Shown one piece after another: positions 1 through 8,356 of a stretch of DNA of 32,000 nucleotides (position 1 is the first letter of the stretch; the number at the start of each line of letters is the position of its first letter). The stretch spans positions 1,320,001-1,352,000 of the forward strand of contig CAWJMG010000001.1 in NCBI GenBank assembly GCA_963843975.1, written 5' to 3'. A program made the translations under genes and the position numbers. A model generated the notes under the pieces. That model made no database searches, was not told where the DNA came from, and saw nothing but the letters and a program-made list of their open reading frames with translations. Source of the stretch: an uncultured Actinomycetes bacterium. GTDB lineage: Bacteria > Actinomycetota > Actinomycetes > S36-B12 > CAIYMF01.

Positions 1-234
1 GGCTGCGCTGACCCGCAGGTCGTCGACGAGGTCGGCCGAGAGCGGCATGAAGCGGATGGCCACCGGACGGCGGAGACGGTCGTCGACGCCGCGCCAGAGC
101 GAGGTGCCGCCGGTGTCGGCGACGCGGTCGACGAGGCGGTAGCGGCCGAGCACCACCAGGTCGGGCGCGAGCTCGGTCGGGAGAGGGCTGGTCGCCCTGC
201 CCCGTCCTCCGCGCCCCCCGCGTGTGTCGGCCAT
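1..234 (-). CDS. protein kinase-like protein (probable pseudokinase), 5' part only; gene continues past window start
   Basis: Open minus-strand frame runs from ATG (234-232) to the window edge, 78 codons; it is absent from the ORF track because no stop falls in the window. Translation is MADTRGGRGGRGRATSPLPTELAPDLVVLGRYRLVDRVADTGGTSLWRGVDDRLRRPVAIRFMPLSADLVDDL. The layout matches Ser/Thr kinase subdomains I-II (LGRY.L....G.G....W.G.D..L.R.VAI[K]), but the Gly loop is degenerate and the VAIK lysine position is Arg. GC3 is very high. Confidence 0.45.
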   Translation of the reverse strand, partial: MADTRGGRGGRGRATSPLPTELAPDLVVLGRYRLVDRVADTGGTSLWRGVDDRLRRPVAIRFMPLSADLVDDLRVSAA

Positions 235-307
235 ATGCCGAGCCTAAGCCGAAGCGGGTCCGGGCCGGGTCCTACCTACGGCTCGGGTGCCCGCGTGCCG
301 CACGGGA

Positions 308-1537
308 TCAGGTGGGGCGGACGGCGCCGATGAAGCCGCGCAGGTACACCGAGGCGACGCGGACGTGGTCGCCGGTGTGCGGCGCGTGCACCATCAGGCC
401 GTGGCCGAGGTACATCGCCACGTGGTGGATCGAGTTCGGGTTGCTCGTGCTGTACGCCCAGAACAGCAGGTCGCCGGGGCGGATGTCCTTGAGCGCGACC
501 GGCGTGCCCGCGCGGTACTGCTGGCGCGAGACGCGCGGCAGGTTGAGGCCCGCCTGGCTGTAGACGCGCAGCACGAACGACGAGCAGTCGAAGCCGATCG
601 TGCGCTCGGCGGCGCAGTCGCCGCTGTCGGTGCGGCCGTCGTCCGGCGCGAGCGAGGAGCACCAGCCGAGGCCGGGGCCGTTGCGACCGCCACCACCGGC
701 GGAGTAGGGCGTTCCGAGCCACTTCCGGGCGTCGGTCAGGGCGGCGAGGGCGTACGGCGTGGCCGGGTCGGCCGTGGCCTCGGCGATCGCTGTGTCGACC
801 GCGGCGTACTCGTTCTCCGGGACCGGGTTGGTCGTCCAGGGCGCGTCGAGCGCTGCCGCACGTGCGGCGGCCTCGGCCTGCGCCTGGGCGCGCGCCCGCT
901 CGGCCTCGACCAGGCGGCGGACGGTGTCATCGGCGGCGGCCAGCGCCGCATCGGCCTGTGCGAGGTACATGGCCGCCTTGGTCGCAGCCGCGACCTTGCG
1001 GTCCTCGAGCACCCGGCGCTGCGCGGTGAGCAGGGCGAGGTCCTGGGTGCTGGCCTTCGCCGCCGCCACGCGCTCGCGGGCGTCGCTGCCGGCGATGATC
1101 GAGCCGCGGACCACGGAGTCCACGGAGGCGAGACGGTCGAGGACGTCGCCGATGTCCTGGCCCGACAGCACGCTCGCGTAGAGGGCCCCGGGGCCGCCGG
1201 TCATGTACATCTGCCGCGCCGCGTCGGCCGTGCGGCCGTCGGCCGTGCGGGCATCGAGCGTCGCGGCGTCGAGGTCCTCGTCGGCGTTGATCAGCTTGGC
1301 CACGACCTGGTCGAGCTGGCTGTTGGCGTCGCCGTAGTCCTCGGCGGCGGCCTCGGCCTCGGCGCGCAGCAGGTCGACCCTGTCGCGCAGCTGGGCGGCG
1401 GCGGCCCGGGCCTTGGTCAGGTCGGGGTCGGCGCTGGCGGCGGGGGCGCCCACGAGCAATGCCGTGGCCAGGACGGCGACGACCGACGTGATCGCCGTCG
1501 CCGCGGTCCGTGCCCGTGCGGTGCCGCGCCAGCCCAC
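308..1537 (-). CDS. secreted NlpC/P60 (C40) peptidoglycan endopeptidase with long N-terminal coiled-coil region
   Basis: 409-aa ORF with a GTG start. N-terminus is signal-peptide-like (ITSVVAVLATALLVGAPAASADP), followed by about 250 aa of Ala/Glu/Arg/Leu-rich helical sequence. The C-terminal NlpC/P60 core reads GTPYSAGGGG...IGFDCSSFVLRVYSQAG...IHHVAMYLGHGLMVHAPHTG (catalytic Cys/His layout). A roughly 30-aa two-Cys insert precedes the catalytic Cys. Confidence 0.85.
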   Translation of the reverse strand: MGWRGTARARTAATAITSVVAVLATALLVGAPAASADPDLTKARAAAAQLRDRVDLLRAEAEAAAEDYGDANSQLDQVVAKLINADEDLDAATLDARTADGRTADAARQMYMTGGPGALYASVLSGQDIGDVLDRLASVDSVVRGSIIAGSDARERVAAAKASTQDLALLTAQRRVLEDRKVAAATKAAMYLAQADAALAAADDTVRRLVEAERARAQAQAEAAARAAALDAPWTTNPVPENEYAAVDTAIAEATADPATPYALAALTDARKWLGTPYSAGGGGRNGPGLGWCSSLAPDDGRTDSGDCAAERTIGFDCSSFVLRVYSQAGLNLPRVSRQQYRAGTPVALKDIRPGDLLFWAYSTSNPNSIHHVAMYLGHGLMVHAPHTGDHVRVASVYLRGFIGAVRPT

Positions 1538-1552
1538 CGTGCTCGCCGCCCC

Positions 1553-1942
1553 CTACCGGATCGGGTCGCCGGCTGAGCCGGTGCCCGTGGCGAGGATGTA
1601 CGTCTTGACCGTGGGGATGTGGCTCGCGGCGATCGTGCGGGCCTCGTGCGTGAAGGTCACCGTGACCGTGCGGTCCTTGGCGATCTTGATGCCCGAGGCG
1701 GAGACGACGTCGCCGACCTCCTGGGCGTACGTGAAGATCGCGAGCCGGACTGCCTTGTCGGACTTGCCGAGGGTCAGCTGCTCGTAGCCGAGCGCCGCCG
1801 CCTGCTGCGCGTGGTCCTGCACCTGGAGGTGGGCGGACGTCATGGAGATCGCGTCGTACCCGGCAGTGCCGATCACGGCCACCGCGAGGGTGATCTTGGC
1901 GAGGGAGCTGCACCACGATGAACCCGGCGTCGCCGGTCGCAC
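1553..1942 (-). CDS. hypothetical small membrane-anchored protein (129 aa as drawn; 5' end uncertain)
   Basis: ORF with strong GC3 bias from about 1905 downstream. It has a single N-terminal hydrophobic segment (LAKITLAVAVIGTAGY) followed by a soluble domain. Its stop lies 15 nt upstream of the NlpC/P60 start, suggesting an operon. No family recognised with confidence. Upstream of about 1905 a different frame (start ATG 1961 or GTG 1991) looks more coding-like; see findings. Confidence 0.5.
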   Translation of the reverse strand: MRPATPGSSWCSSLAKITLAVAVIGTAGYDAISMTSAHLQVQDHAQQAAALGYEQLTLGKSDKAVRLAIFTYAQEVGDVVSASGIKIAKDRTVTVTFTHEARTIAASHIPTVKTYILATGTGSAGDPIR

Positions 1943-2142
1943 CGAGCCGGTGGGCCGACATCGGTGCCGCGCTCGAGGAGAGGGGTTCCACTCAGGCTTC
2001 GTCGGCGCGCCGAGAGCGGGTCTTGAGCCTGCGGGTTACGGCCTGATGCTGCATGTCACCCGCCCGGCCCACGGTCGCGCTGCGCGTGGGGCGGATGGGA
2101 CGCCTGCGGGGGAGCCCGGGGGCGCGGAAGTGCCGGGCCCGC

Positions 2143-3801
2143 TCAGCGCAGGCCGGGTACGCGGCGACGGAGCATGGCGAGGACGTCGGTGACCTCGTCG
2201 ATGCGCAGCAGGCGGGCGGCACCGAGGTAGACGAGCCCGCCGACCGTGCCGACCACCGCGATGATGAGGATCGCGGCGATCTTGGGGCTGCCGGGGACGT
2301 GGCCTGCGAGCAGGAGCAGCACGCCGCCCATGACGAGGAGCATGGCGAGGCCGGCGAGGCTCATCCGGGCGATCGCGGTGAGGGTCTCCCGGGTGCGCAG
2401 GCCGCCCGTCGCCCGCGAGAGCACGACCCAGGCCACGACCAGCGTGAGCCAGTACGCCGCGACGTAGCCGACGGCGAGCAGGCCCAGATTGCTGGGGCTC
2501 GGCCGCTGGGCCTGAAGGGTCACGAAGAGCGGCACGGCGATGGCGAGGTTGAGGCCGTTGAGCACGACCGTCAGCCAGAACGCCGTACGGGTGCGCTCGA
2601 GCGCGTAGAGGGCGCGCTGGATCACGTAGTAGAGCGTGAAAGGCAGCAGGCCGAGCGCGAAGACGGCCGCGAGCGTGCCGGTGATCTGCGCCGACTGGGT
2701 CGAGGTCTGGCCGTAGTTGAACAGCAGCACGCCGGCCTGGGTGCCGAGCACCATGAGCGCGATCGCCGCCGGGATGATCAGCGAGGACGCCGACCGCATG
2801 CCGCTGCTCACGTCCTCCGCGAGGTCCGAGCGCCGCTCGTCGGCGGCAGCCCGGGCCATGCGCGGCAGCAGCGCCGCGACGAGCGACACCGTGATCACCG
2901 AGTGGGGGAGGATGAACATGAGGTGGGCGTTCGTGTACGCCGTGAGGCCCGCCGGGGTGTCGCCGGCGCCCTGCGACACCGCGTTGACCGACGTCGCGAG
3001 GCGCACGATGACGGCGTACGCGAGCTGGTTGACCAGCACCAGGCCGATCGTCCAGGCGGCGAGGCCACCGGCGGTGCGCAGGCCGACGCCTTTCCAGTCG
3101 AACCGCGCGCGGTAGCGGTAGCCGCTGCGCAGCAGGACCGGGACGAGCACGAGGGCCTGCAGCGCGACGCCGAGCGTGGTGCCGAGGCCGAGCAGCGTGA
3201 CCTGCGAGGGCTCGAGGATGCCGTCGGCGCCCGCGGCCGGGCCGGCGACGACCATGAACGCCACGAAGGTCGCGATCGCGACCGCGTTGTTGACCAGGGG
3301 CGCGAACATCGGGGCGCCGAAGCGGCCGCGGCTGTTGAGGACCTGCGACAACATCGTGTAGACGCCGTAGAAGAAGATCTGCGGCAGGCAGAACCGCGCG
3401 AAGGCCACGGCGAGGTCGAACTGGTCCTGGGTGTACTTCGAGGTCGCGTAGAGCCCGACCAGCCACGGCGCGATGAGCACCGCGAGCACCGAGAGCCCGA
3501 GCAGCGCGACGCCGACGACCGTGATGAGGCGGTCGGCGTATCCGTCGCCGCCGTCGGAGTCGTCCTTCATGTGCCGCACGAGCTGCGGGATGAACACCGC
3601 GTTGAGCGCGCCGCCGATGATGAGGATGTACACGACGTTCGGCAGCGTGTTGCCGAGGGTGAACGCGTCGGCGACCACGCCCGCGCCGAGCGCCGCCGCC
3701 AGCGCGATGCCGCGCAGGACGCCGCCGAGGCGCGAGAGCACCGTGCCGGTGCCCATGAGCAGGCTGGACCGCATGACGCTCGCGCCCGCGCCGGCCTGCA
3801 T
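2143..3801 (-). CDS. murJ: lipid II flippase MurJ/MviN
   Basis: 552-aa polytopic membrane ORF. The N-terminal signature SSLLMGTGTVLSRLGGVLRGIALAAALGAGVVADAFTLGNTLPNVVYILIIGGALNAVFIPQLV is typical of MurJ. It sits downstream of the Nudix and Rv3909-like genes, as in mycobacterial Rv3908-Rv3910. ATG 3801 is the first start in this frame; a possible frameshifted 5' extension is described in findings. Confidence 0.9.
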   Translation of the reverse strand: MQAGAGASVMRSSLLMGTGTVLSRLGGVLRGIALAAALGAGVVADAFTLGNTLPNVVYILIIGGALNAVFIPQLVRHMKDDSDGGDGYADRLITVVGVALLGLSVLAVLIAPWLVGLYATSKYTQDQFDLAVAFARFCLPQIFFYGVYTMLSQVLNSRGRFGAPMFAPLVNNAVAIATFVAFMVVAGPAAGADGILEPSQVTLLGLGTTLGVALQALVLVPVLLRSGYRYRARFDWKGVGLRTAGGLAAWTIGLVLVNQLAYAVIVRLATSVNAVSQGAGDTPAGLTAYTNAHLMFILPHSVITVSLVAALLPRMARAAADERRSDLAEDVSSGMRSASSLIIPAAIALMVLGTQAGVLLFNYGQTSTQSAQITGTLAAVFALGLLPFTLYYVIQRALYALERTRTAFWLTVVLNGLNLAIAVPLFVTLQAQRPSPSNLGLLAVGYVAAYWLTLVVAWVVLSRATGGLRTRETLTAIARMSLAGLAMLLVMGGVLLLLAGHVPGSPKIAAILIIAVVGTVGGLVYLGAARLLRIDEVTDVLAMLRRRVPGLR

Positions 3802-3963
3802 CGCCCCGGCGCGGTCGATCGGGTCGGTGAGCGCGGTGTCGCCACCGAGGCTCGATCTCGGCCTCCTCCTCGGCGGCGAGCCCCTCAGCAGTGGGGGGCT
3901 GGTCCGTCGGCTCGACCGCGTGCGTACGGGGGTCGTCGGAGCTGTCGTCGGTGCGGTCGTCGC

Positions 3964-6123
3964 TCACTCCGCGCCTCCGTCCCCGGTCTCGGCCCCGGCC
4001 CTGGCGGCGCGGCTCGTGCGCAGCCGGCGCACGAAGTTGGCGCCGAGCAGCAGGACGAGGATGCCGAACAGGCCGACCACGACCCCCTGCGCCGCGCGGG
4101 CGTACGCCGCCGAGCGCACCTCGGTGGTGGCCGGGGTGCCGAACGTGTCGCCGTCCGGGCTCAGCAGCGAGATCTCGACGCTCACCGACCCGGTGCCGAG
4201 CACGCTCGCCTGCACCTCGAAGGTCTCCTTCTGCCCCGGACCGATCGTGACGGCGGGGACGTCGGCGGCCTCGAACCGCACCCGCGGGGTGCCGGTGAGG
4301 CGCAGGCCGACACGGGCCGGCCGGTCGAGGTCGTTGGCCACCGTGACGGGGATGACGCCGGACTCCCCAGGCAGCGACACCGGGGCGCGGGAGAGCACGG
4401 TGACCGACGAGGTCTGGTCGTCGATCGTGGTCGTGACCGAGCCGAGCAGCTCGCGGCCGCCGACGCGGTCGCGGCGCCAGGCGCCGGACTCGGCGCGGGT
4501 GAGCGCGGACTCGAGGCCGGTGGTCGCGCTGCCGCCGTCGTCGGGGGCGACCGAGCGCAGCGCGGCGAGGTCCTCGCGTGCGGTGGCGACCGCCCCCAGG
4601 TAGGCCTGGGACAGCTCCGCGGCCTGGGCTGCGGCGGGATAGTCTACGCGGGCACGGGGGATGTCGCTGGCGGGCGCGGCGACGAGGTCGGCGAGGGCCT
4701 GCGGCTCCGACCAGGGGCTCGACAGCGTGGCGACCAGGTCGCGCGTGCTCGTGCTGTCGACCTTCCACCAGAGGTCCGGGGCGATGACCAGCGACCGTGA
4801 GGTGGTGGGCAGCTCGAGCGTGGTCATCGCGATCGTGGCGATGGCGGTCTGCCGGCGTACGACGGGGTCGACCAGCACCGGGTCGACCGCCTTGCGGGGT
4901 GCGGCCGCGAGCCGGGACACGGTCGGGTCGGCCAGGGCCGCGCGCAGCGGGGAGCCGCCGACGGCGAGGTCGACCGACCCGCTGGGGGTGTAGGTGACGG
5001 CGGGGGACGGCGGGAACGCGTCCGCGCCGAGCACGACAACGCGGGCCCCGGATGCCCGCACCGCGTCGAGCGTGCCGTCGTCCGACACCGCGCCGATCGG
5101 CCAGGCCAGGCCGGTGTCGACGGGCACCCCGAGCACGGTCTCAGGCAGGTCGGCCGCGGTCGTGGCGGCGAGGGCGATGTCGAGGTCGTGGCCGCCGCGG
5201 TGCAGCGCGACGACGTCCGGCATCGCGTACGCCGAGGCCGTCACCCGCGCGCCGACGACAAGGGCGCGCAGGCGCGTGAGCCAGCTGGTGGCGTCCTCGG
5301 CGTGGGTACCGGCGACGGGCGTGCCGTCGGGCCCGACCACCTGGTAGCCGTCGGCCATGTCCTGCAGCGACTCCAGCAGCGCCGGGTCGACCACCCACGC
5401 GACGCTCTCGGGCGAGGCGGCCGCGGCCTCGAGGAGGCGGCGAAGGCGCCCGTCGGCCGCGACCTCGGTGCCGAGGTGGTCGTCGAGGAACAGGCCCGAC
5501 CCGTCGCGGGCGGGTGCCGTCGAGAGCGGGAAGAGCATCGTGACGCGCGTCGGGTCGACCTGGCCCGGGTCGGGGAACCACGGCAGGAACGTGCGGGTGA
5601 AGCCGGTCTGGCGCGAGCCGACGCCGTCGTCCGCCACGTCGGCCAGCGACTCGACGCCGAGCACGATCACCTCGGGAGTCGTGGGCGACAGACCGAGGTT
5701 GTCGAGGGGGATGCTGATCGAGAAGACCGTCCGCTGCCCGGCGGCCAGCTCGGGCGCGACGACCGCGCGGGTGCTCTCGACGGCGATGCCGGTGCGCCCC
5801 GCGGCTCCGGAGAGGATCTGGTCGATCTCGCCGCGGCTGCGGACGGGGGTCGGCGACAGCCGGAGCCGCACGGCGACGTCCGTGGCGAGCGACCCGGTGG
5901 TGTTCTCGACGTACCCGCCGATCGTGAGCGTGTCGCCCGGCGCGGGCACGAGCGGCAGCTGGCTCGTGAGGTGCACGGCGACGTCGCCGAGCGGGTCGGG
6001 CGTCGTGCTCGGCGAGGGGGACGGCGACGCCGCCTGGCCGGGAGTCGCCGCCAGCCCGAGGACCAGGGCCACCGTCGCGGCGACCAGGAGGGGGGCCAGC
6101 CGCCGGACCGGCTGCCGCCTCAT
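3964..6123 (-). CDS. conserved actinobacterial exported protein with C-terminal TM anchor, positional homolog of M. tuberculosis Rv3909 (DUF6049-type; family name from memory)
   Basis: The internal ATG at 6123 gives a 719-aa protein, [39 protein letters not shown] (signal peptide plus PS linker). A C-terminal TM segment reads [18 protein letters not shown]. The start overlaps the Nudix stop by 4 nt (ATGA at 6120-6123). The longer 956-aa track ORF has an Arg-rich, off-frame-looking N-terminus. Confidence 0.8.
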   Translation of the reverse strand: MRRQPVRRLAPLLVAATVALVLGLAATPGQAASPSPSPSTTPDPLGDVAVHLTSQLPLVPAPGDTLTIGGYVENTTGSLATDVAVRLRLSPTPVRSRGEIDQILSGAAGRTGIAVESTRAVVAPELAAGQRTVFSISIPLDNLGLSPTTPEVIVLGVESLADVADDGVGSRQTGFTRTFLPWFPDPGQVDPTRVTMLFPLSTAPARDGSGLFLDDHLGTEVAADGRLRRLLEAAAASPESVAWVVDPALLESLQDMADGYQVVGPDGTPVAGTHAEDATSWLTRLRALVVGARVTASAYAMPDVVALHRGGHDLDIALAATTAADLPETVLGVPVDTGLAWPIGAVSDDGTLDAVRASGARVVVLGADAFPPSPAVTYTPSGSVDLAVGGSPLRAALADPTVSRLAAAPRKAVDPVLVDPVVRRQTAIATIAMTTLELPTTSRSLVIAPDLWWKVDSTSTRDLVATLSSPWSEPQALADLVAAPASDIPRARVDYPAAAQAAELSQAYLGAVATAREDLAALRSVAPDDGGSATTGLESALTRAESGAWRRDRVGGRELLGSVTTTIDDQTSSVTVLSRAPVSLPGESGVIPVTVANDLDRPARVGLRLTGTPRVRFEAADVPAVTIGPGQKETFEVQASVLGTGSVSVEISLLSPDGDTFGTPATTEVRSAAYARAAQGVVVGLFGILVLLLGANFVRRLRTSRAARAGAETGDGGAE

Positions 6124-6686
6124 GCGGGGTCGCCGGGCTCGGTGCCGATGGGCTCGGGGTCGTCGGCGGCAGCGGTGCCGGCGGGGGCTTCGCCCGCGAG
6201 CAGCTCCTGCGCCTGCGCGACGAGGCGGCGCTCGTCGGCGTACGCGAGGCGCTCGGCGACCTCGGGCATCGGCACCCACGCCACCTCGACGACCTCGATG
6301 TCGTCGTCGGACAGCTCGCCGCCGACGGCCTCGAGGAGGAAGTGGTGGACGGTCTTGTGCACCCGGCGCTGCTCGGCGACGAACCAGAAGTCGATCACTC
6401 CGAGCGGGGCGAGCACGGAGCCGCGGATGCCGGTCTCCTCCTCGACCTCGCGGATCGCGGCGGCCTCGGGGGTCTCGCCCTCCTCGACGTGGCCCTTGGG
6501 CAGCGACCACACCAGGCGCCCGCGGCGGTCGTGCCGGGCGATGAGCGCGGCCCGGGCCACGGGGGTGCTCCGGTCGACCACGAGGCCGCCCGCGCTCGTC
6601 TCGTCCACGCGCGCGAGGCGCGGCGGCGCGGGGCGCGGGGTCGGCCGCCCGCCCGCGGGAGGCGCGGGGCGGGGGGTTCCGGACAT
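6120..6686 (-). CDS. NUDIX hydrolase (MutT4-like)
   Basis: 188-aa ORF carrying the Nudix box [23 protein letters not shown] (GX5EX7REUXEEXGU). It is divergent from cca and upstream of the Rv3909-like gene and murJ, as in mycobacteria. Confidence 0.85.
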   Translation of the reverse strand: MSGTPRPAPPAGGRPTPRPAPPRLARVDETSAGGLVVDRSTPVARAALIARHDRRGRLVWSLPKGHVEEGETPEAAAIREVEEETGIRGSVLAPLGVIDFWFVAEQRRVHKTVHHFLLEAVGGELSDDDIEVVEVAWVPMPEVAERLAYADERRLVAQAQELLAGEAPAGTAAADDPEPIGTEPGDPA

Positions 6687-6794
6687 ACGGCGAGGATAAC
6701 CGCGTCCCGCGCTCGCCTAGGCTGTGCCGTCGTGCCCATCGACCCGTCGCGTCCCGCCCAGGACGTGTCGCCGTCCGTCCCGGGAGGCAGGACC

Positions 6795-8222
6795 GTGCTC
6801 GCACCCGACGAGGCCCTCGCGCTGCTGCGCACACGGGCCGAGGTCGTCGACGAGCTCGGCCGCCTCTTCGCCGGGGCCGGGCACGAGCTCGCCCTCGTGG
6901 GCGGCCCGGTGCGCGACGCGCTGCTCGGGCGTGTCGGCGACGACCTCGACCTCACGACCGACGCCCGTCCCGAGCGGGTGCTCGAGATCGTCGAGCGCTG
7001 GGCGGACACCACCTGGGACGTCGGCATCGCGTTCGGCACGGTCGGGGTCCGCAAGGGCGACCACAAGCTCGAGATCACGACGTACCGGGCCGAGGCGTAC
7101 GACCGCGAGTCGCGCAAGCCCGAGGTGTCGTACGGCGACTCTCTCGACGACGACCTCGTGCGGCGCGACTTCACCGTCAACGCGATGGCCGTGCGCCTGC
7201 CGGCGTGGGAGCTCGTCGACCTGCACGGCGGCGTCCGCGACCTGCACGCGGGCGTGCTGCGTACTCCTGGCACGCCTGAGGAGTCGTTCAGCGACGACCC
7301 GCTGCGGATGATGCGCGCGGCCCGGTTCGCGTCCTCGCTCGGCTTCGAGGTCGCACCCGAGGTGGTCGCGGCGATGACCGCGATGTGCGGGCGCCTCGCC
7401 ATCGTCTCGGCCGAGCGCGTGCGCGACGAGCTCGTGAAGCTCGTCCTCGGCGCCCACCCGCGGGCGGGCCTCACGCTGATGGTCGAGACCGGCCTCGCGC
7501 AGCTCGTGCTGCCCGAGCTGCCGGCCCTCGCCCTCGAGCTCGACGAGCACCACCGCCACAAGGACGTGTACGAGCACACCCTGATCGTGCTCGAGCAGGC
7601 GATCGCGCTCGAGACCACGCACGAGCCCGTCACCGGGCCCGACTTCGTCCTGCGCTTCGCCGCGCTGATGCACGACGTCGGCAAGCCCAAGACCCGCCGC
7701 TTCGAGGACGACGGCCGCGTGTCGTTCCACCACCACGAGGTGGTGGGCGCGCGCATCACCAAGAAGCGGATGGAGGCGCTGCGCTTCTCGAGCGCCGACA
7801 TCGCCGACGTGACCGAGCTCGTCGCGCTGCACCTGCGCTTCCACGGCTACGGCGACGGCGACTGGACCGACTCCGCCGTGCGCCGGTACGTCCGGGACGC
7901 CGGCGACCAGCTCGCGCGGCTGCACAAGCTGACCCGCGCGGACTGCACGACGCGCAACCGCAAGAAGGCCGAGAACCTCGCCCGCACGTACGACACGCTC
8001 GAGGAGCGCATCGCGCGGCTGTCGGAGGAGGAGGAGCTCGCCTCCATCCGTCCGGCCCTCGACGGCAACCGGATCATGCAGGTGCTCGGCCTCGCACCAG
8101 GCCGCGAGGTGGGCGAGGCCTACCGCTGGCTCCTCGAGCTGCGGCTCGACCAGGGCCCCATGACCGAGGCCGACGCGGAGGCCGCGCTGCTCGCCTGGTG
8201 GCCCACCCGCCCGACCGCCTGA
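6795..8222 (+). CDS. cca: CCA tRNA nucleotidyltransferase / poly(A) polymerase family protein with HD domain
   Basis: Conserved sequence begins LALVGGPVRDALLGR...DLDLTT (nucleotidyltransferase head). Further motifs are RRDFTVNAMA, the HD-domain HHRHKDVYEHTL and ALMHDVGKP. GTG 6795 is preceded by GGGAGG with a 7-nt spacer. An alternative GTG at 6732 would add 21 aa. Confidence 0.85.
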   Translation: MLAPDEALALLRTRAEVVDELGRLFAGAGHELALVGGPVRDALLGRVGDDLDLTTDARPERVLEIVERWADTTWDVGIAFGTVGVRKGDHKLEITTYRAEAYDRESRKPEVSYGDSLDDDLVRRDFTVNAMAVRLPAWELVDLHGGVRDLHAGVLRTPGTPEESFSDDPLRMMRAARFASSLGFEVAPEVVAAMTAMCGRLAIVSAERVRDELVKLVLGAHPRAGLTLMVETGLAQLVLPELPALALELDEHHRHKDVYEHTLIVLEQAIALETTHEPVTGPDFVLRFAALMHDVGKPKTRRFEDDGRVSFHHHEVVGARITKKRMEALRFSSADIADVTELVALHLRFHGYGDGDWTDSAVRRYVRDAGDQLARLHKLTRADCTTRNRKKAENLARTYDTLEERIARLSEEEELASIRPALDGNRIMQVLGLAPGREVGEAYRWLLELRLDQGPMTEADAEAALLAWWPTRPTA

Positions 8223-8265
8223 CCTGGCGTCCGCTGGCGTCCGCTGCCGGCCGCTTCGTCTGCGG

Positions 8266-8309
8266 ATCTGTCGTTTCCGGCCCGTCCTGCGGGCCGGGAA
8301 ACGACAGAT
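8266..8309. terminator. GC-rich hairpin between convergent genes; member of the ATCYGTCGTTTCC palindromic repeat family
   Basis: ATCTGTCGTTTCCGGCCCG - TCCTG - CGGGCCGGGAAACGACAGAT forms a stem of about 19 bp with one bulge. It lies between the cca stop (8222) and the stop of the minus-strand membrane gene (8357). There is no U-tract. Confidence 0.5.
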
Positions 8310-8356
8310 TCACGGACGATGGCTCGACCGCACCCGTCGGTCCGGCGTACGGCGGG

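Noticed and set aside
1943-2142. Possible ydaO-type (c-di-AMP) riboswitch upstream of the small-protein/NlpC-P60 operon, since such riboswitches often precede actinobacterial cell-wall hydrolase genes.
   Set aside because: Reading the minus strand, I could not find the characteristic conserved pseudo-symmetric GGGGA/CCCGA-type cores. Only generic GC-rich sequence is present. A covariance-model search would be needed to revisit this.
2036-4800. Very long overlapping ORFs on both strands (910 aa minus, 915 aa plus). Similar giants occur at 7385..9775, 17524..19956, 24555..26477 and 18759..20504.
   Set aside because: They are Arg/Pro/Gly/Ala-rich, low-complexity shadow frames of real genes (murJ, the Rv3909-like gene, the membrane protein, the Alr-like gene, the permease). 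Stop codons are rare in off-frames at this GC content. They lack the third-position G/C enrichment and recognisable motifs of the chosen frames.
8225-8247. Short tandem duplication CTGGCGTCCG x2.3 just after the cca stop.
   Set aside because: It is only about 23 nt and has no second occurrence in the window. It is probably a slippage remnant and not informative.
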